This document shows, in pieces, positions 13,201-27,164 of a stretch of DNA of 64,000 nucleotides. Position 1 is the stretch's first letter. Each line of letters opens with the position of its first letter. The translations under genes were made by a program, and so were the position numbers. Under the pieces are notes generated by a model. The model made no database searches, was not told the DNA's origin, and saw only the letters and a list, made by a program, of their open reading frames with translations. Origin of the DNA: Octopus sinensis (Eukaryota); contig NC_043001.1 of NCBI RefSeq assembly GCF_006345805.1, positions 94,984,001 through 95,048,000 of the forward strand. Reading direction: 5' to 3'.

Positions 13201-15054
13201 GCAGTAAGTATGTTGATTCTTACTTTAATATAACTTCGACTGAGAAATTACAAATTTTTTCTGAGAATAAGTAATCTGTGAAATTTAACATTTACAAACC
13301 TATTAAAATTAAACGATGATATGTTGAAGCATATCTACATAATCTACATATGTCCAACACATACCTTTGCGTTTTAAAGAAAGAGCTGGCAGAACAAATC
13401 TGATGTGACTCTAATCTAGGTGTTTGCATCTATGTATATAAAACGAAAATGCAACCTACCTCATGAAGAAAACTTCCCAAGCGTGTTCCCTGCTCTTAAA
13501 GTTTACGAAAGGAAGGTTTACACCCGGAAGACTGTAAGATAATTAGTATGAGTAGAAATTACGTTAGCTTCGTAGAATGATTAGATATTGTATATATTAC
13601 CAATTTGATGTCAAGAAAAATAAAATAAAAATAAATCTCAGAGCGAGTTATAAACAGTAGCTACAACACCTCGTGACGTATATTTGCCATTTAAATATGG
13701 CTAACACCTAAGGGTGGATGCTACTGTAGTTTGTAGCCCCAGGAGGACACCTCCTCCAGCTGGCCATAGACATAATTTCTGTGTCCTATCAGTGTTTGCA
13801 AAGGGAAGCCATCCTTCCCGTCTTAAACTTATGATACACACGGACTCAAGGTTCTGGTTATTGATCAGTCATCGGCGTGTGACAATCATAGTTGTCGATG
13901 AGATGCAGGTTCCCTTCAAAAACACTTATACTTTTTCCAGTATTGATAGACACTGATATGGAAGAAAAGGAAAAACAAAATAATGTTTAAAGGAACGAAA
14001 CACATGACTTGAAAATGATTGACCGAAGACGTTAAAGCACGTACAAAAATATCATGTGGATTTTGTAACCGATAATCCAATTTCCGACATTTGAGGAGTA
14101 ATCATGTTCAATATATCTATACAACTATCAATATTAAATGTTCAACTTCATATTCAGAGTTATTTTACTTTATCTACGCTTGTGAATATTTAAATTGTTT
14201 TAAAATCACAAATATCTTCTCGCATATTGATATTTTGAAGTTATTTCGTTACCATGATTTTTCGCCAAAACACGCAGACCCTATTTTAAATGGTTTGAAA
14301 ATGATGCAAAATATAGAAAAAAGAATAGGAATAGTGCATATAACCTACATTAACAGGTAATTTTGATGGAAGGATAAACTCTGTAGCACTTTCAAAATGG
14401 AGTGGGTATCATAAAACTAAAAACGTTATTTGGAGGCTTTTTATCAAAAAAGGCATTTCAAATGAAAGAGCTCGGAAAAAATCCATATTGTTTTTATATC
14501 CTTTTAATGGTTTCGGTCATAGGACTGAGGCCATGCTGGAGCACCACACAAATTTTCTATCAGTATTTAACGCCTTATGCTTGGAGGTTATGATTGAGTT
14601 GAACTTTTCTCGGTGTATCCATGGACGATGGGCTGCTCCGGTAATGTCGTTAGGCCTTTATTCAATACGTGCTTTTTATTTTAAGATTTCCATTAGGGAT
14701 TCGTTCTATATTCACATTTCTGATTTGTAGGTTTTGCCTACTTTGAAAACTCGAGGAAGGTATAAATGCTAACATTGAAAACGATTTATTCAAATTACGG
14801 AAATACTTTCAGACAACTGAAAAAAGTCTATTTCGCACCGAAATATTTCTTCAGATTTCATTTTTTTAAATATATCGGATTTCTATGATTCCGCAAAAAC
14901 ATTATACGCAAATATTAATTTTTTTCTGTTCCCCAAATTTTATTTAACGATTATTATAACAATGACCTGTAGAACTCATTCTACGTGTTTACAGAAAATG
15001 TTGCCCTATATCCTATATGTGAGGTAAGGCCTTATCTGAAGACTGTAAGCTTTG

Positions 15055-15101
15055 ATATATATTTGTATATATATATCTGTATATATATATTGATATATAT
15101 T

Positions 15102-15160
<59 letters not shown>

Positions 15161-15643
15161 GTAAATTTAAAAAAATATTTGAATAAAGAAACTGTTTTCA
15201 TTTGAAAAATACAGAACACGTCATAATATGCACATATAACTAACTTTTATCTTTTTGCATATTTCAATTTACGATTACATCACTGTACATAAATCCCTCA
15301 CTAAACAAGGTTTTCGAAACTTGTTTTTGTCTGTACACAAATATATTCTCCCCATTACCGAAAGCTGAACAATTATCACCCTTACCAACAAAAATAACAA
15401 TAATAGCGATAACCAATTACCTCCATGTATTCATCTACTTGTGAAGACATTCACTCGGAATTTCATCACACACAACATGAACAAAATTTCTTCTTAAGAA
15501 AAAATACATATTCAGAAAAGTAAAACATAATATCATGAATAGCGATAGCGAAACCGGTTGATATATTAAAAATTATATTAAAACTATGTAATTGTGCGTA
15601 TTTTCTTATATATTTTCTTATTTCTTATTGTATTTTCTTATTT

Positions 15644-15692
<49 letters not shown>

Positions 15693-15781
15693 TAATATAT
15701 ATATATATATATATGTATGTATATACATATATGTATATGTATATCTATATATATACATATATATACATACATACGTACATA

Positions 15782-15826
<45 letters not shown>

Positions 15827-15930
15827 TATATATAATTATGCATATATATATACACCCACACACACACACACACATGCATATATATATATATAATATATAT
15901 ATATATATGTGTGTGTATGTGTGTGTGTGT
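15055..15930. repeat. (TA)n and compound (TA)/(CA) microsatellites (15055-15158, 15646-15930)
   Basis: Directly visible. Confidence 0.9.
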
Positions 15931-16165
15931 ACTAGGGCTGATTATTGAGTATCTGGAATGTTGCCATGGCAACAAACTGAAACGGGAAAAGTGAAGTCAC
16001 TTGGCCAAACTCTACTCTGCCTGCGCATAAAATTTCAATATTCTAGCCATTTCCGCGTTCTGTAGCAGTGCTTCGATGGCAGGTGTGTATCTTGCGATCA
16101 TCGCCTTGCTAATGACAGAGTATCTGCATCATATTTAGGCAAAAGCTTGTCGATATGTGCAAAAC
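15931..16165 (+). mobile_element. Possible 5' fragment of a mariner-like element
   Basis: Begins TACTAGGGCTGATT after the microsatellite, with a decayed N-terminus-like stretch near 16112-16160. No partner TIR found. Confidence 0.3.
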
Positions 16166-16801
16166 CTTTTCATAGTTATCGATAGATTTAAGCAGATAAC
16201 GTGATGATAATGAACAGAAACTCAACCGTATATAACCTGCATAACTCGCGTATTATAATTTTGTGATTTCTCCTCAAAGCTGTACGAATGGCTGCGATAT
16301 TTTTGTCAGTTGGTCAGTTGGTCCTTCGTAAACGTTTAACAATATCGACATTTTTCGGCCATATTGAAACAGTCACACATTATATCAATTCGACTATCAA
16401 ACGCCACACAACATACATCGAAGTAGTGCAGTAAACAGCGGAAGTAAGCTAGAACGTATACCTTAGTGCGCATGCACAGCAGTATTCAGGGACGATATGT
16501 TCCTATCGGCTTTATTCTACGTTCTTTTGCTTCATTACATTTGCAACTTTCCGTATACGAATTCATCACCCATCATATATATGCCGTCGAATGGAGAAAA
16601 CTTGAAATACTCACAATAGAAAACATGAATGAGTGGTGCAATCATTTCGAATTTAAATTAATGGAGGTCTAAACTTAAAGGAACGAGAGCAGCTATAAGA
16701 GAAATCCAGATGAGCTTATACGGAGAAAGTGACGCGGATAAGCATGCCTAGTCTTTATATAAATACATACAGCAACACACATACACAAACACGCACTCAC
16801 A

Positions 16802-16864
<63 letters not shown>

Positions 16865-17569
16865 TTGTGAGTGTGTGTATGTGTGCGTGCGGGTGTCTTC
16901 GTATTAGTGTGTGTCCATGCTTGTGTATATATATCGAGAGGATCTCCTAATTTTTAGAAGGGATCGAGTCCTGAACATATGTCGTATATCACTGGGGAAA
17001 TTCATTTTCTTTTACATTAGAAACAAATGGGTAATGTGTAGCATCCTTCAGTATTTGGAATTGCACATACTGTATATATTAAAAACAAAATAATACCCAA
17101 CGTTTTGCTAAACAAATTTGAAACGTGGAAACAACGATTCACTCGTACCTAGATGTTTCAAATGGAATATGACAATATACATTGTAAATTAGGCGTACAT
17201 ACCGAAGCTTAGGAGTTATCCGTATTGTACCTGTTACCTCATCTTGTAGAGTTGTTTTGAAGTCATTTTGAATCTCCTCCGCTGTAGTTGAATTCAGTGC
17301 ATTACTGGCATTAAGAAAAAAAGGTCATACATTTTATCCATCATTGCTACAGACACCAGCAGCATAATTAAACAATAATTGCTTTAAACAAAGTATACAT
17401 GGTAGATTGTAATTAGCATTGACAATGATTAGTCACGTACAAAATATAAAACTTAAGTATTTAGAGTAGCAGATATCAAAACCCCACTTTACAATATTCG
17501 TTTAATTTCTATGGATAACGTAAAAATTCATACATATGTACCTAGGTTATGTACCTAGGTTTTAACATC

Positions 17570-18350
17570 ATATACTTCTAGTCACCTTGCGCAGAATATA
17601 CACTGGTCCCAGCGTCCCTGCTACTTTCGGAATTCGGCCTGTAATTCGTCGTCTGTACGTGTGTCGAAGACCTTCTGCTATTAACTGTGAATCTTGACAA
17701 CGGTTTTGAAACGGTGACCTTTGTTCTACATTTGATAGAAGTGAAGAGATGGAAGCCCGAAGGAGATAAATCTTGCAAATAGGACTGGTGAAAAAACGAT
17801 AACATTTTGGTTTTCGTAAGAAACTCACAGGTCAGATGTGGTGAAGAATACAATTCTTTGCACTCCAAAAACACGGTCGATTTCGCCGAATGTCCTCCCT
17901 TCAAAACATCGCAATTGAACCCTCGATTAACAGTTTGGATGAAGGTAGGCTGGATCAAATCTCAATGCACAGTACCACATTTCCAGCTGTGATACTTGCG
18001 GTAGGTTTTTTAGAAGGTTAATTGTCTTCCAGGGATGTTTCCCCGCTTTTGTACTGCACGTGACATTTGAAATATTGCGTAAAACCCATTGCCTGGTGGC
18101 TGTAAGCTTGCCGAAGAATTTCCAATTTCTCTGAAGCAAAATTGTCAAGTTTAATACAAAATTTCACGTTGGCTCTTTGTTCCGTATTCCTTCTCATGGC
18201 AGAATCGCAGACTACTGCATATACGGGACCACATAAGAACAAAGTTCAGAAGTCGGGAAGTAAACACAGTGATGTACGTTGGTTCACGATGGTCACTTCA
18301 ACCTGATGGCGCGAAGTCAGCTACTCCGTGAATATTTTCATACAATCTTG
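17570..18350 (-). mobile_element. Decayed, internally deleted mariner element (irritans-subfamily-like)
   Basis: N-terminus EQRANVKFCIKL..LEILRQAY, SYLQDLSPSGFHLF (the YSPDLAPSDF motif) and C-terminal RWDQCI..QGD. One TIR-like end followed by TA at 18351-18352. Confidence 0.85.
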
Positions 18351-19370
18351 TACAACAGTTAAATTAGAAGTGGGATACATACATTCTGGCGATTGATATG
18401 AAGGGTATGAGTCTGCGAGCTGATGGATAAATGTCAGTTCATTACAACTGTTTCTTACACACTTTTTATAGAAAAATTAAAATATGTAAATTCAAAACAA
18501 CGTAATAGTCGGATGAAACAAAATTCCAAGCGATAGGATATCCCAAGAACACAGTGGAAACATTCCTGAGGTCAGCTGAAGGTGACCGTGAAATAGGAGC
18601 AAGAAGGAAAAAAAGGCTGTTACGGTCATTAGGAGGTGGTGTGAGAATGTTTAATATGACATTCATGGTCCGTGAGACCGGCTAGAGGAAATAAATTGGA
18701 ATTAGCTAAGCTGGTTTATTTCAGATACGGTATAAGATGTGTAGACAATTATAGTGTAATTTATTATACTAGACTAACAAAAGTGTATATTAGGGAATGA
18801 ACTGAAGAAGGGAAAGATAAATGAAAACAAAAAATATCCATAATAAAAACCAATTGAGTGCAGGACGAGAGAGCATCAAGCCCTTGTAAATATTAAAGTT
18901 TGAAGATAAGAGAAGGGAGAGTCAGAGAATTACAATGGAAAGTGGTTGTCTGCAGTGGATCGTAGTAGGTAACACAAATGTTTAGTTCTAGCAATTCTGG
19001 AATGGTAGTGTTTTATACGATTATTTTATTTGGCAGAGAAAAAAGGGGTAGGATGTTGATATAGAGACAAATATGATATTTGGTATAGTGAAATCCAGTT
19101 GTAATAAATGGACGACATTGCCTGGGAAAGGAATTACTACATCTACAAATGGTGTGCCGGGAAATATCGGGTAGTAGTAATATTGTACTAGCCATAAGTT
19201 CAATGAAGGAGTTCGAGGAATAAAAGAGTTATCTAATATATAATATAATAATTAATAAAGGGAGTATACCAGAAGGGTATATATCGAAGTAATCCAGTAG
19301 GTATCAGTTTATTTATTAACTGTTTAGGGTGTTATAGGAGGCGCTAATCCCATTTGATAACGCAGTATAA

Positions 19371-19460
19371 ATTGACAAGTAATATTCGTAGCAACTTTAA
19401 CATGGCTTTCCGTTCGAGCGGAAAGCTATGTTAAAGTGGCTACGAATGTTACTTTTCAAT
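19371..19460. repeat. 90-bp palindrome/hairpin
   Basis: 45-nt arms with 5 mismatches and no spacer, centre CCGTTCGAGCGG. Confidence 0.9.
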
Positions 19461-20809
19461 GTATCTTTTATTTATAAGACTTTTGATAGATTTTATAAAT
19501 ATTATAAATTGCTATTGTATAAATCAGGTAGGCTACCTTAAACCGATAGTCGTGGATAAGATGATTTTATATATACCTTCATTATCGTGTGCAGCGCAAA
19601 TAACCAGCTTGGTGTGAGAACTATTTTCTTAGCGCAATAGACATGAAACTCGATAGTGTGAGTAGGTTGCTATTTCGTGGACTAGATACAATTCAATCGC
19701 AAATGCGTAATACTAGTTCAAATATAATAGTAGAATATCTACATGAAAGTCGCATACCATTCAAAATTATAAACTATTCAAATAATGTTATAATAGTTTA
19801 TAAATGATAAGAGATAGGATGTATAGGAAAAGGAAAATTAAACGACAACAAAGTCGATTAAGTAGATTAATTGACTAAGCGTTTACGTAAAAGCAGTGGT
19901 GTCACTGAAGCTGGTTCGCCGCAGGCCAAGACCTTGAATGTTGGTTATGTAATTTTCTTAAAATATTTAATATTTTGGCTTACTTTGTGGATACATTAAA
20001 GACGAAAATCCAAGTTATTATTAATTAGATTTTGCAGCATAGTCTGCACCGGCATCTGCTGCTGCAGTACGTTTTTTGTGACCCTAATTACCCCTAATTT
20101 CAAATCGAATCGAACGTTGTCATCCTTAAGTCTCCGAATCTTCGTGGCTACATAGGTCCTGCCTGCACTATGAAGTAATTCGAAGAATGATAGTTGGTTA
20201 CAGAGAATGATTTTCTAGTAAAATGACATCATCAAAATTTCCATGTCTTTATCATTGTTCGACTTAATTCACCTTCACCTCTTTTTTGTGTATGTATATA
20301 GATATGTATATATGTGAATGAATACATACACATGTGTGTGTGTGTGTTTGTGTTTCTGTGCGTTTATGTATGAGTAAAATCCAGTGCTTTTGTGTGTGCG
20401 ATTGTGTATGCGTGTATATCTTTAGGTGTGTACTTCTCTCTGTTTAATTTTTCTTTCTCTATATGTTGTGTGCGTGTGGGTCAGGTTTCGTTTCTTAGTT
20501 TTTATGTGGGTATGGTTGTAATTAAACACTCCATATTTAAACAATGTATAACAAACTCTGTTTGTATGTGTATGTGTGTAGATATGTACTTGTATGTACG
20601 TGAACGCATGTGTATGTACGTTCGGTAAACGAACGAAAGTCCTAATAATATTCCGACTGCTTCCAATTTCTCAACATTCTGTATCTCAACGCATACACAC
20701 ACACACAGACAGATACAAACATACACACACAAACTCACACACAAGCACAGGTACACGCTCAAACACACGCACATACACACATACATACTTATATATAAAT
20801 ATTGTGGCT

Positions 20810-21000
20810 CTGTGTTAGTGCTTATATGCCCACCACCGCTTGATAACTGGTGTTCTTGTGTTTACGTTCACGTAACCTAGCGTTTCGCTATAAGAGGCCA
20901 AGAAAGAAATTGGTATCGATCAGTTTGATAAAAATTATTCAAGCCTGTGTCCAGCGTGGTTGCAGTCTGATGACTGAAAATGTTAAAATAACCACTAAAA
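20810..21000 (+). mobile_element. 3' half of a SINE (family of 42644-43058 and 58139-58594)
   Basis: CACCGCTTGATAACTGGTGTT...GTAACCTAGCG...CCAGCGTGGTTGCAGTC..ATGACTGAAA matches the SINE tail. Confidence 0.65.
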
Positions 21001-21150
21001 TACGGGAGTCCCAGAGGAACAGACAGAATTTTGCTTGTATATATGTTTGTTTACGTGTGCATATATATATATATATATATATGCACACGTAAACAAACAC
21101 ATATACTAATTTGTGATATGAGTATGTGTATGCACGTAAGTGTATATATT

Positions 21151-21266
<116 letters not shown>

Positions 21267-22075
21267 AATGTAAAAAAATACAAGCTGGGACAAGAACGCA
21301 AAACATTTAGAAGACGATACGAAAAACACGGATGGGACATTCGAAGCTTTCAATCTTCAGTCAAGAACCGGATCATCTTCGCATAAATACAAGTTAATAT
21401 TTACTCGACATGTTTAGATATATAAAACAATAATTTCCGTAAGCATGTTTCAAAACTATATATGTAGATCGAATGCATTAAAACAATAAGGAAAATTATA
21501 TATTAAATATAAAATGAAAATCATAGTTTACGTACATATGAGAAACAGAGAGAATGAGCAGGAAAAGTATATTTCGCATAGTAATTTTTACTTCTCGTTT
21601 TTCTGTTATTCAAATTTTAAATATCAAATTTTTCAAATCACATTTCTTCATGAAATAACAATCCGTGTCAATGTGGAACAGAAAGACATATGGGTGTGTA
21701 TTAATAGGAAACAGCTCAAATATAATTCACGTGATATACATAAAATGACTAATAATCGTTCTGCTTGACCTGAATGATATTGCATCAAATTTGTGGAAAA
21801 CTTGATATCCTCTACAGTCGTGCACTTACACATACAAACGCACACATACATCCGTGTGCACAGAGAAAAAACATGTACAAGTGGCTAGAGGAAGGTAGGA
21901 GTACATAGCTACTTGCAATGTATATCTGGTGTCTATTTCATCGACAGCCAGTTAGAGGAGGTTTCCTCTTTGAGTTAAATAGGCTGAAGATAATTCGTAC
22001 GGAACAGCGAAGGTGAAGTGGTGACAAGCATTACTTCAGTATACATACACACAGGCACACACACACATACACACA

Positions 22076-22152
<77 letters not shown>

Positions 22153-22438
22153 ATGAGGATGAGATATTGTATATTAATTTAATTAACATCAATTTAAAAC
22201 CAGTGGCCTACATATAGAAAAATCTGAAAACTCAGAAAAATTGTATTACATGCGTATAAGAAGGGATGGCCACTAAGTGGACATCTAATATGCTAGTAAT
22301 AGTTCACCTACGATCTGACCAGAAAGAAAAGAGAAAGTTCTCTAGAAAAATTCAGCAAATAGCAGGTAAGACAAATGAAAATATACAAAATAAAGAATTA
22401 ATCGTAGAAGGGTTTCGTCCACTTAGTGGTCACCCCTT

Positions 22439-22474
<36 letters not shown>

Positions 22475-22477
<3 letters not shown>

Positions 22478-22634
22478 TGTGAAATATTCACGGATCCCTT
22501 TAATTTATATGAATATAAGTGTAAAACCATATATGAATGTTAACATATATATAACAGTATCAATATTAATATTTATATATGGTTTCAAACTTATATTGTA
22601 ATGCGCTAGCAGGACCCGTGAATATTTCACAGTA
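22475..22634. mobile_element. Palindromic MITE-like element
   Basis: TIR CTGTGAAATATTCACGG / CCGTGAATATTTCACAG plus inner arms AATATAAG..AAACCATATAT / ATATATGGTTT..CTTATATT, next to (TA)n. Confidence 0.75.
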
Positions 22635-23889
22635 TGAACCGATTGTGTTGTCCCTAAAAGCCTGAAATGTAGTCTGTGTTGTGTCTGTATCAAAAGACAG
22701 CCTGTATCAAAGATCTGATATTCATTGAAAACTGAAGTAATTTGGAATACAAGGCTATGGGTCAGAGTCAATAGGCAATTCCATTTGCCATATACCTTTT
22801 AATCTAATACTTCTTTGGACAGTATGCACTTCGTGTAAGTTCTCCTTTTCTTTTCCCACGATTATCACTGATCAGATAATTTACGAATCTGTCGCTGACT
22901 AGATAATTTACGAATCTTTCAGAGTACAACATATAACTAACTATGGTCAAATAGAGTTTCAGGCAAGAACAGCCTCACTTTATCAAATGTTTTCTCTACT
23001 GTTTATTAGTAGTCATTGTATATGACAGGCGAACCGGAAAATTGTTTCTTTTTGAAGTTAACGTCAAGTATGGGATGCGCATGCGTTATGTGATAGGCGA
23101 TATGAAAATTAAACTTTAAGTTAAAATAAAAATTTCTTTTCATTATGCACTCACCGTCGCCGCCTGCACCACCACCAACACCACCACCGCCACCATCAAC
23201 ATATCCATCACACTCTTTCTGCCATTCTTCCTTCTTTCTTTCTCTGTCTCTCCTCTCTCTGTCTCTCTTTTTCTCTGTCTCTCTCTCCACACTTTCTGCC
23301 TTTCTTTAATCCCAACATTATAACATCACCCCATAGCTAAAAGTATATTTTTAACACTCCTCCTCTAGCTTCAACTAACATTTTTTTAACCACGTAATAC
23401 ACATTACATTCCTCCTAAAATATGTCATGGACGCTTCTTCCTCCGTCTTTTTCTCTCTCTCTCTCTCTTTTCATTTCTCTCTCTTTCTGCCTCACTCTTC
23501 GCATTCGTCTCTTTTTTCTCTTTCCCACTTTTCTTTCTGCCACTTTTTCTCTTATCACGTGAAATCGTAAACAACGGGTAAGAAACGTCGCGAAAAGACG
23601 TTTTTTTAAATTGAATGAAATTTAGCAGTATATTAGAATGTCGAATGCAATTAAAATGTACTTTTATGGATTTGTGTACATTTCAAGTAATTAAATAATA
23701 TTTTACAGAATAATAGAATTAAGAAAACTTTCATTAAAACCCTTTCTAACATGGCAGAATCCAAAGAGCCTTTAAGGCACATACCGCTTTATGAGTACAA
23801 ACAAGGAAACTCTGCATCCGAGGCAAGACGAAACATACACTCAGTTTAAGGGAACTAATGCTTGAATGAAAGAACAATGCGTGCTTTTG

Positions 23890-23920
<31 letters not shown>

Positions 23921-24059
23921 ATATACTTAGATTGATAGATAGATTTAAAGCACACAAACATACGCACATATATACATACATACATATGTATACTTACCAA
24001 TTGAAACATTTTCAAGCTAGCCTAATTTTTTTTAAATGTATAACATATACAAATACATG

Positions 24060-24089
24060 GATAGATAGATAAATAGATAGATATATAGG

Positions 24090-24187
<98 letters not shown>
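24060..24187. repeat. (GATA)n microsatellite
   Basis: Directly visible. Confidence 0.95.
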
Positions 24188-24734
24188 TTCATATATTTAC
24201 ATATGGATGTTTTATATCCAGTCGAAATATGCATATGCTCACACGCACAAATGCAAATGTGAATGAAGAGCTAATAATCAGGTCAGCGTTATTAAATAAT
24301 TCTATATTTCAGCGTCAAGATATATTTAGGTCGGGTAATTCCAACTAATAATTGAAAAGATAGTAACATTATACTCATGCGCAGGTATATCCGGGTATAC
24401 CACCTGTGTCCTAGCGTGTAGAAAAATTAGTCAATAGACGATATATTATTCATATAAATACAGTGTACATTTAAGCATATAAGAGGTATCCGTCATAGGA
24501 TTCCTTTCACGCTAGAAGGAACAGGTAAAGTTCAAACCACAATTATGGATGAAAACTCGAAGGGATTGAAAAATGAAAACACTTCAAAAAATTTTATTTT
24601 ATTTGCTAAAAAAGTCAGAAACGTGATCGTGAGTGAACGTGTATATGTGTATGTGTATCTGTGTGTCTGTGTAAGCGGGTGTCTGTGTGTACATGTCTAT
24701 TGGTACGTATGTGTGTGTATTTGTGTGTGAGAGC

Positions 24735-25725
24735 ATCATAGCATTTTAGCATCATAATTTTGAAATATCTATAAAGCCATCAAACGCTTATTTTTATTTT
24801 TTATATTTATTAGTTATTAGTGTTTCTTAATGTGTTTTGCTAAAATAGCTGTTTCGTTTCAGATATCATCAAAGAAAAAGGTAATTAAAATTCATTAAAA
24901 TGGCAGATCTACCGGACTTTCAAATACGTCAAACCGCCGGTGCTTGTGTAGCAGGCGCTAGCGTAACGAAAACAGCCGAAATATTTGGTGCATCAAGGAG
25001 TACTGTCTCGAAAGTAAAGTCACTCTTTGAGAGAGAGCGTAAACCTCCTCGTCGAAACTGAGCTGCGGAAGAAAACCAAAACTTTCAGAAAGGGACCATT
25101 AGATTCTTACGCGAATTGTTAGGAAGGATAACAAAACTACAGCTCCCAAAATTACTGCAGAGATTAAAGACCATCTCGAGAACCCAGATTACACAAAGAC
25201 CGTCCACCGGGAGATGCACAAAGCCAGATTTTGCAGGAGTGTTGCAATCAGAAACTAATACTTTTAAATACAAACGTTGCAAAGCGTTTAGACGGGATTG
25301 AAAACCTACAGAATTGGTCCGTAGAGCAGTGGAAGAATGTTATTTTCTCGGACGAGGCAGTCTTCGCCTTGTTTCCGACCACCTGAAGATTGCCTTCTTA
25401 CAACTATTAAACATACAGGAGAATCAATGATGATCTGGGGGGCTATATCTTGGAAATCCGCCGGCCCAATGGTTTCCCTTCATGGCAGAATTAATAGTCA
25501 ATATTATTTAAGCATGCTATTTGATCAAGTTTACCCTATGTTTGCGGAACTGTTTCCGGAAGGAAACGTAACGTTTCAGGATGATAATGCACCACCTCAC
25601 ACAGCTATAGTTGTTACTGAATGGCACCAGGAACATTCTGGTGAAGTTGAACATCTTCTCTGTCCACCACAGTCCCCAGATCTCAATATTATTAAACTTC
25701 TCTGGTAAATTTTAGAAAAACAATC
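24735..25725 (+). mobile_element. Decayed Tc1-like transposon, copy 1
   Basis: Start codon at 24900 (MADLPDFQ..AGASVTKTAEIFGASRSTVSKV, HTH region), then WKNVIFSDE, MIWGAISW, FQDDNAPPHT and PPQSPDLNII, with frameshifts. Confidence 0.9.
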
Positions 25726-25870
25726 TTGTCTGGATTCACTATATACATATATATATATACATACGCACACACGCACACACACACACACATACATACACAT
25801 ATATATATATATACATATATATACATATTTATATATATATACATATATATATACATATATATATATATAC

Positions 25871-25908
<38 letters not shown>

Positions 25909-25979
25909 TATATATATATATTATATTATATATATATATATATATATATACTAGCATTATATATATATATACTAGCAGT

Positions 25980-26315
25980 GAAGGCGCATGGCTCAGTGGT
26001 TAGAGCTTACGATCGTGAGGTTGTGAGCTCGAATCCCGGACCGGGCTGCGTGTTGTGTTCTTGAGCAAGACACTTTATTTCACGTTGCTCCAGTTCACTC
26101 AGCTGTAGAAATGAGTTGCGACGTCACAGGTGCCAAGCTGTATCGACCTTTGTCTTTCCCTTGGATAACACTGGTGGCGTGGAGAGGGGAGGCCGGTATG
26201 CATGGGCGACTACTGGTCTTCCATAAAAGAAAACCTTGCCCAGACTTGTTCCTCAGAGGGTAACTCTCTAGGTGAAAACCCATGGTCACTCATGACCGAA
26301 GGGGGTCTTTACCCT
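25980..26315 (+). mobile_element. Full-length tRNA-derived SINE with 10-bp TSD
   Basis: A box TGGCTCAGTGG, B-box-like GCTCGAATCC. TSD TACTAGCAGT at 25970-25979 and 26316-26325. Confidence 0.88.
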
Positions 26316-27120
26316 TACTAGCAGTATTTCCCGACTCGTGCGCTCGTGCTAAACTTTGGATGAAGTTCAATCAAAATTCAGTTATTTTGGTTTTAAAATC
26401 AAGCATTTAATGCCCTCTATTTTTGCGCTTATGTGTTCCATTTCCCCAATAGGACGTACGTAGAAACGTTTCATGAATTTTTGTTGATCAAATAATTGCA
26501 TTGTTGAATTATTCGTTTAGATCAGTATTTCTCAACGGAAATTTCACGGGAGAGTTTCAGGTAGTCGCTGGCGATGTATCATGATCAAAAATCGGCCTGC
26601 TAAAATTTGGTTAAAGTGATTCAGACTGCAGACTCAACGCAAAATGGTCATATTTAATTCAAAGCGTTAAAAATGTTATGAAAACAATTGGTATGTGGTC
26701 ACAAAGTCCAAACGATTAATACGAAAAAACCCTCCAGGCTACATCCCGAATATTCATTTCTTTGCCGAATTTCTACAATGTTTACGGCGATTCGTTTTTA
26801 TATCTTGATTTTTTTATTTTTCATGCAATTTACGCATGCTTGCACGCGTGGTGAACACAGGTTACGTCAAACAGCTGACTGAGTAAAGTTCACTATTCAA
26901 TGCATGGGATGAGGCCTAAACACATACATTATGACTTTTGCACTTGCGAGATGAATTTCGGAACAGAAATAGCGCCTAAACTTCAAGTGACACATTTTCG
27001 GTGGTTCTACAATTTGTTGGCTAGGAGGAGATGTGCCGGGAAGTTAAAGACACAGACACACACAAACAGATACACACACAGACACATACACACAGATACA
27101 CACACAGACACATAAGTTGA

Positions 27121-27130
<10 letters not shown>
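26316..27130 (+). mobile_element. Helitron/Helentron-like non-autonomous element interrupted at its 5' end by the SINE
   Basis: Starts TACTAGCAGTAT, has a subterminal ACAG/ACAC microsatellite, ends GTTTTATATATA. Confidence 0.55.

Positions 27131-27164
<34 letters not shown>

Noticed and set aside
13700-13950. GC-richer block resembling a LINE 5' UTR
   Set aside because: No second copy or coding motif in the window to support it.
17535-17560. 13-bp duplication TATGTACCTAGGT as the mariner TSD
   Set aside because: Both copies are adjacent on one side, and mariner TSDs are TA.
25980-26050. tRNA gene (also at 43058, 48533, 58139, 63146)
   Set aside because: A/B boxes are present but there is no complete cloverleaf; each continues into a SINE body.
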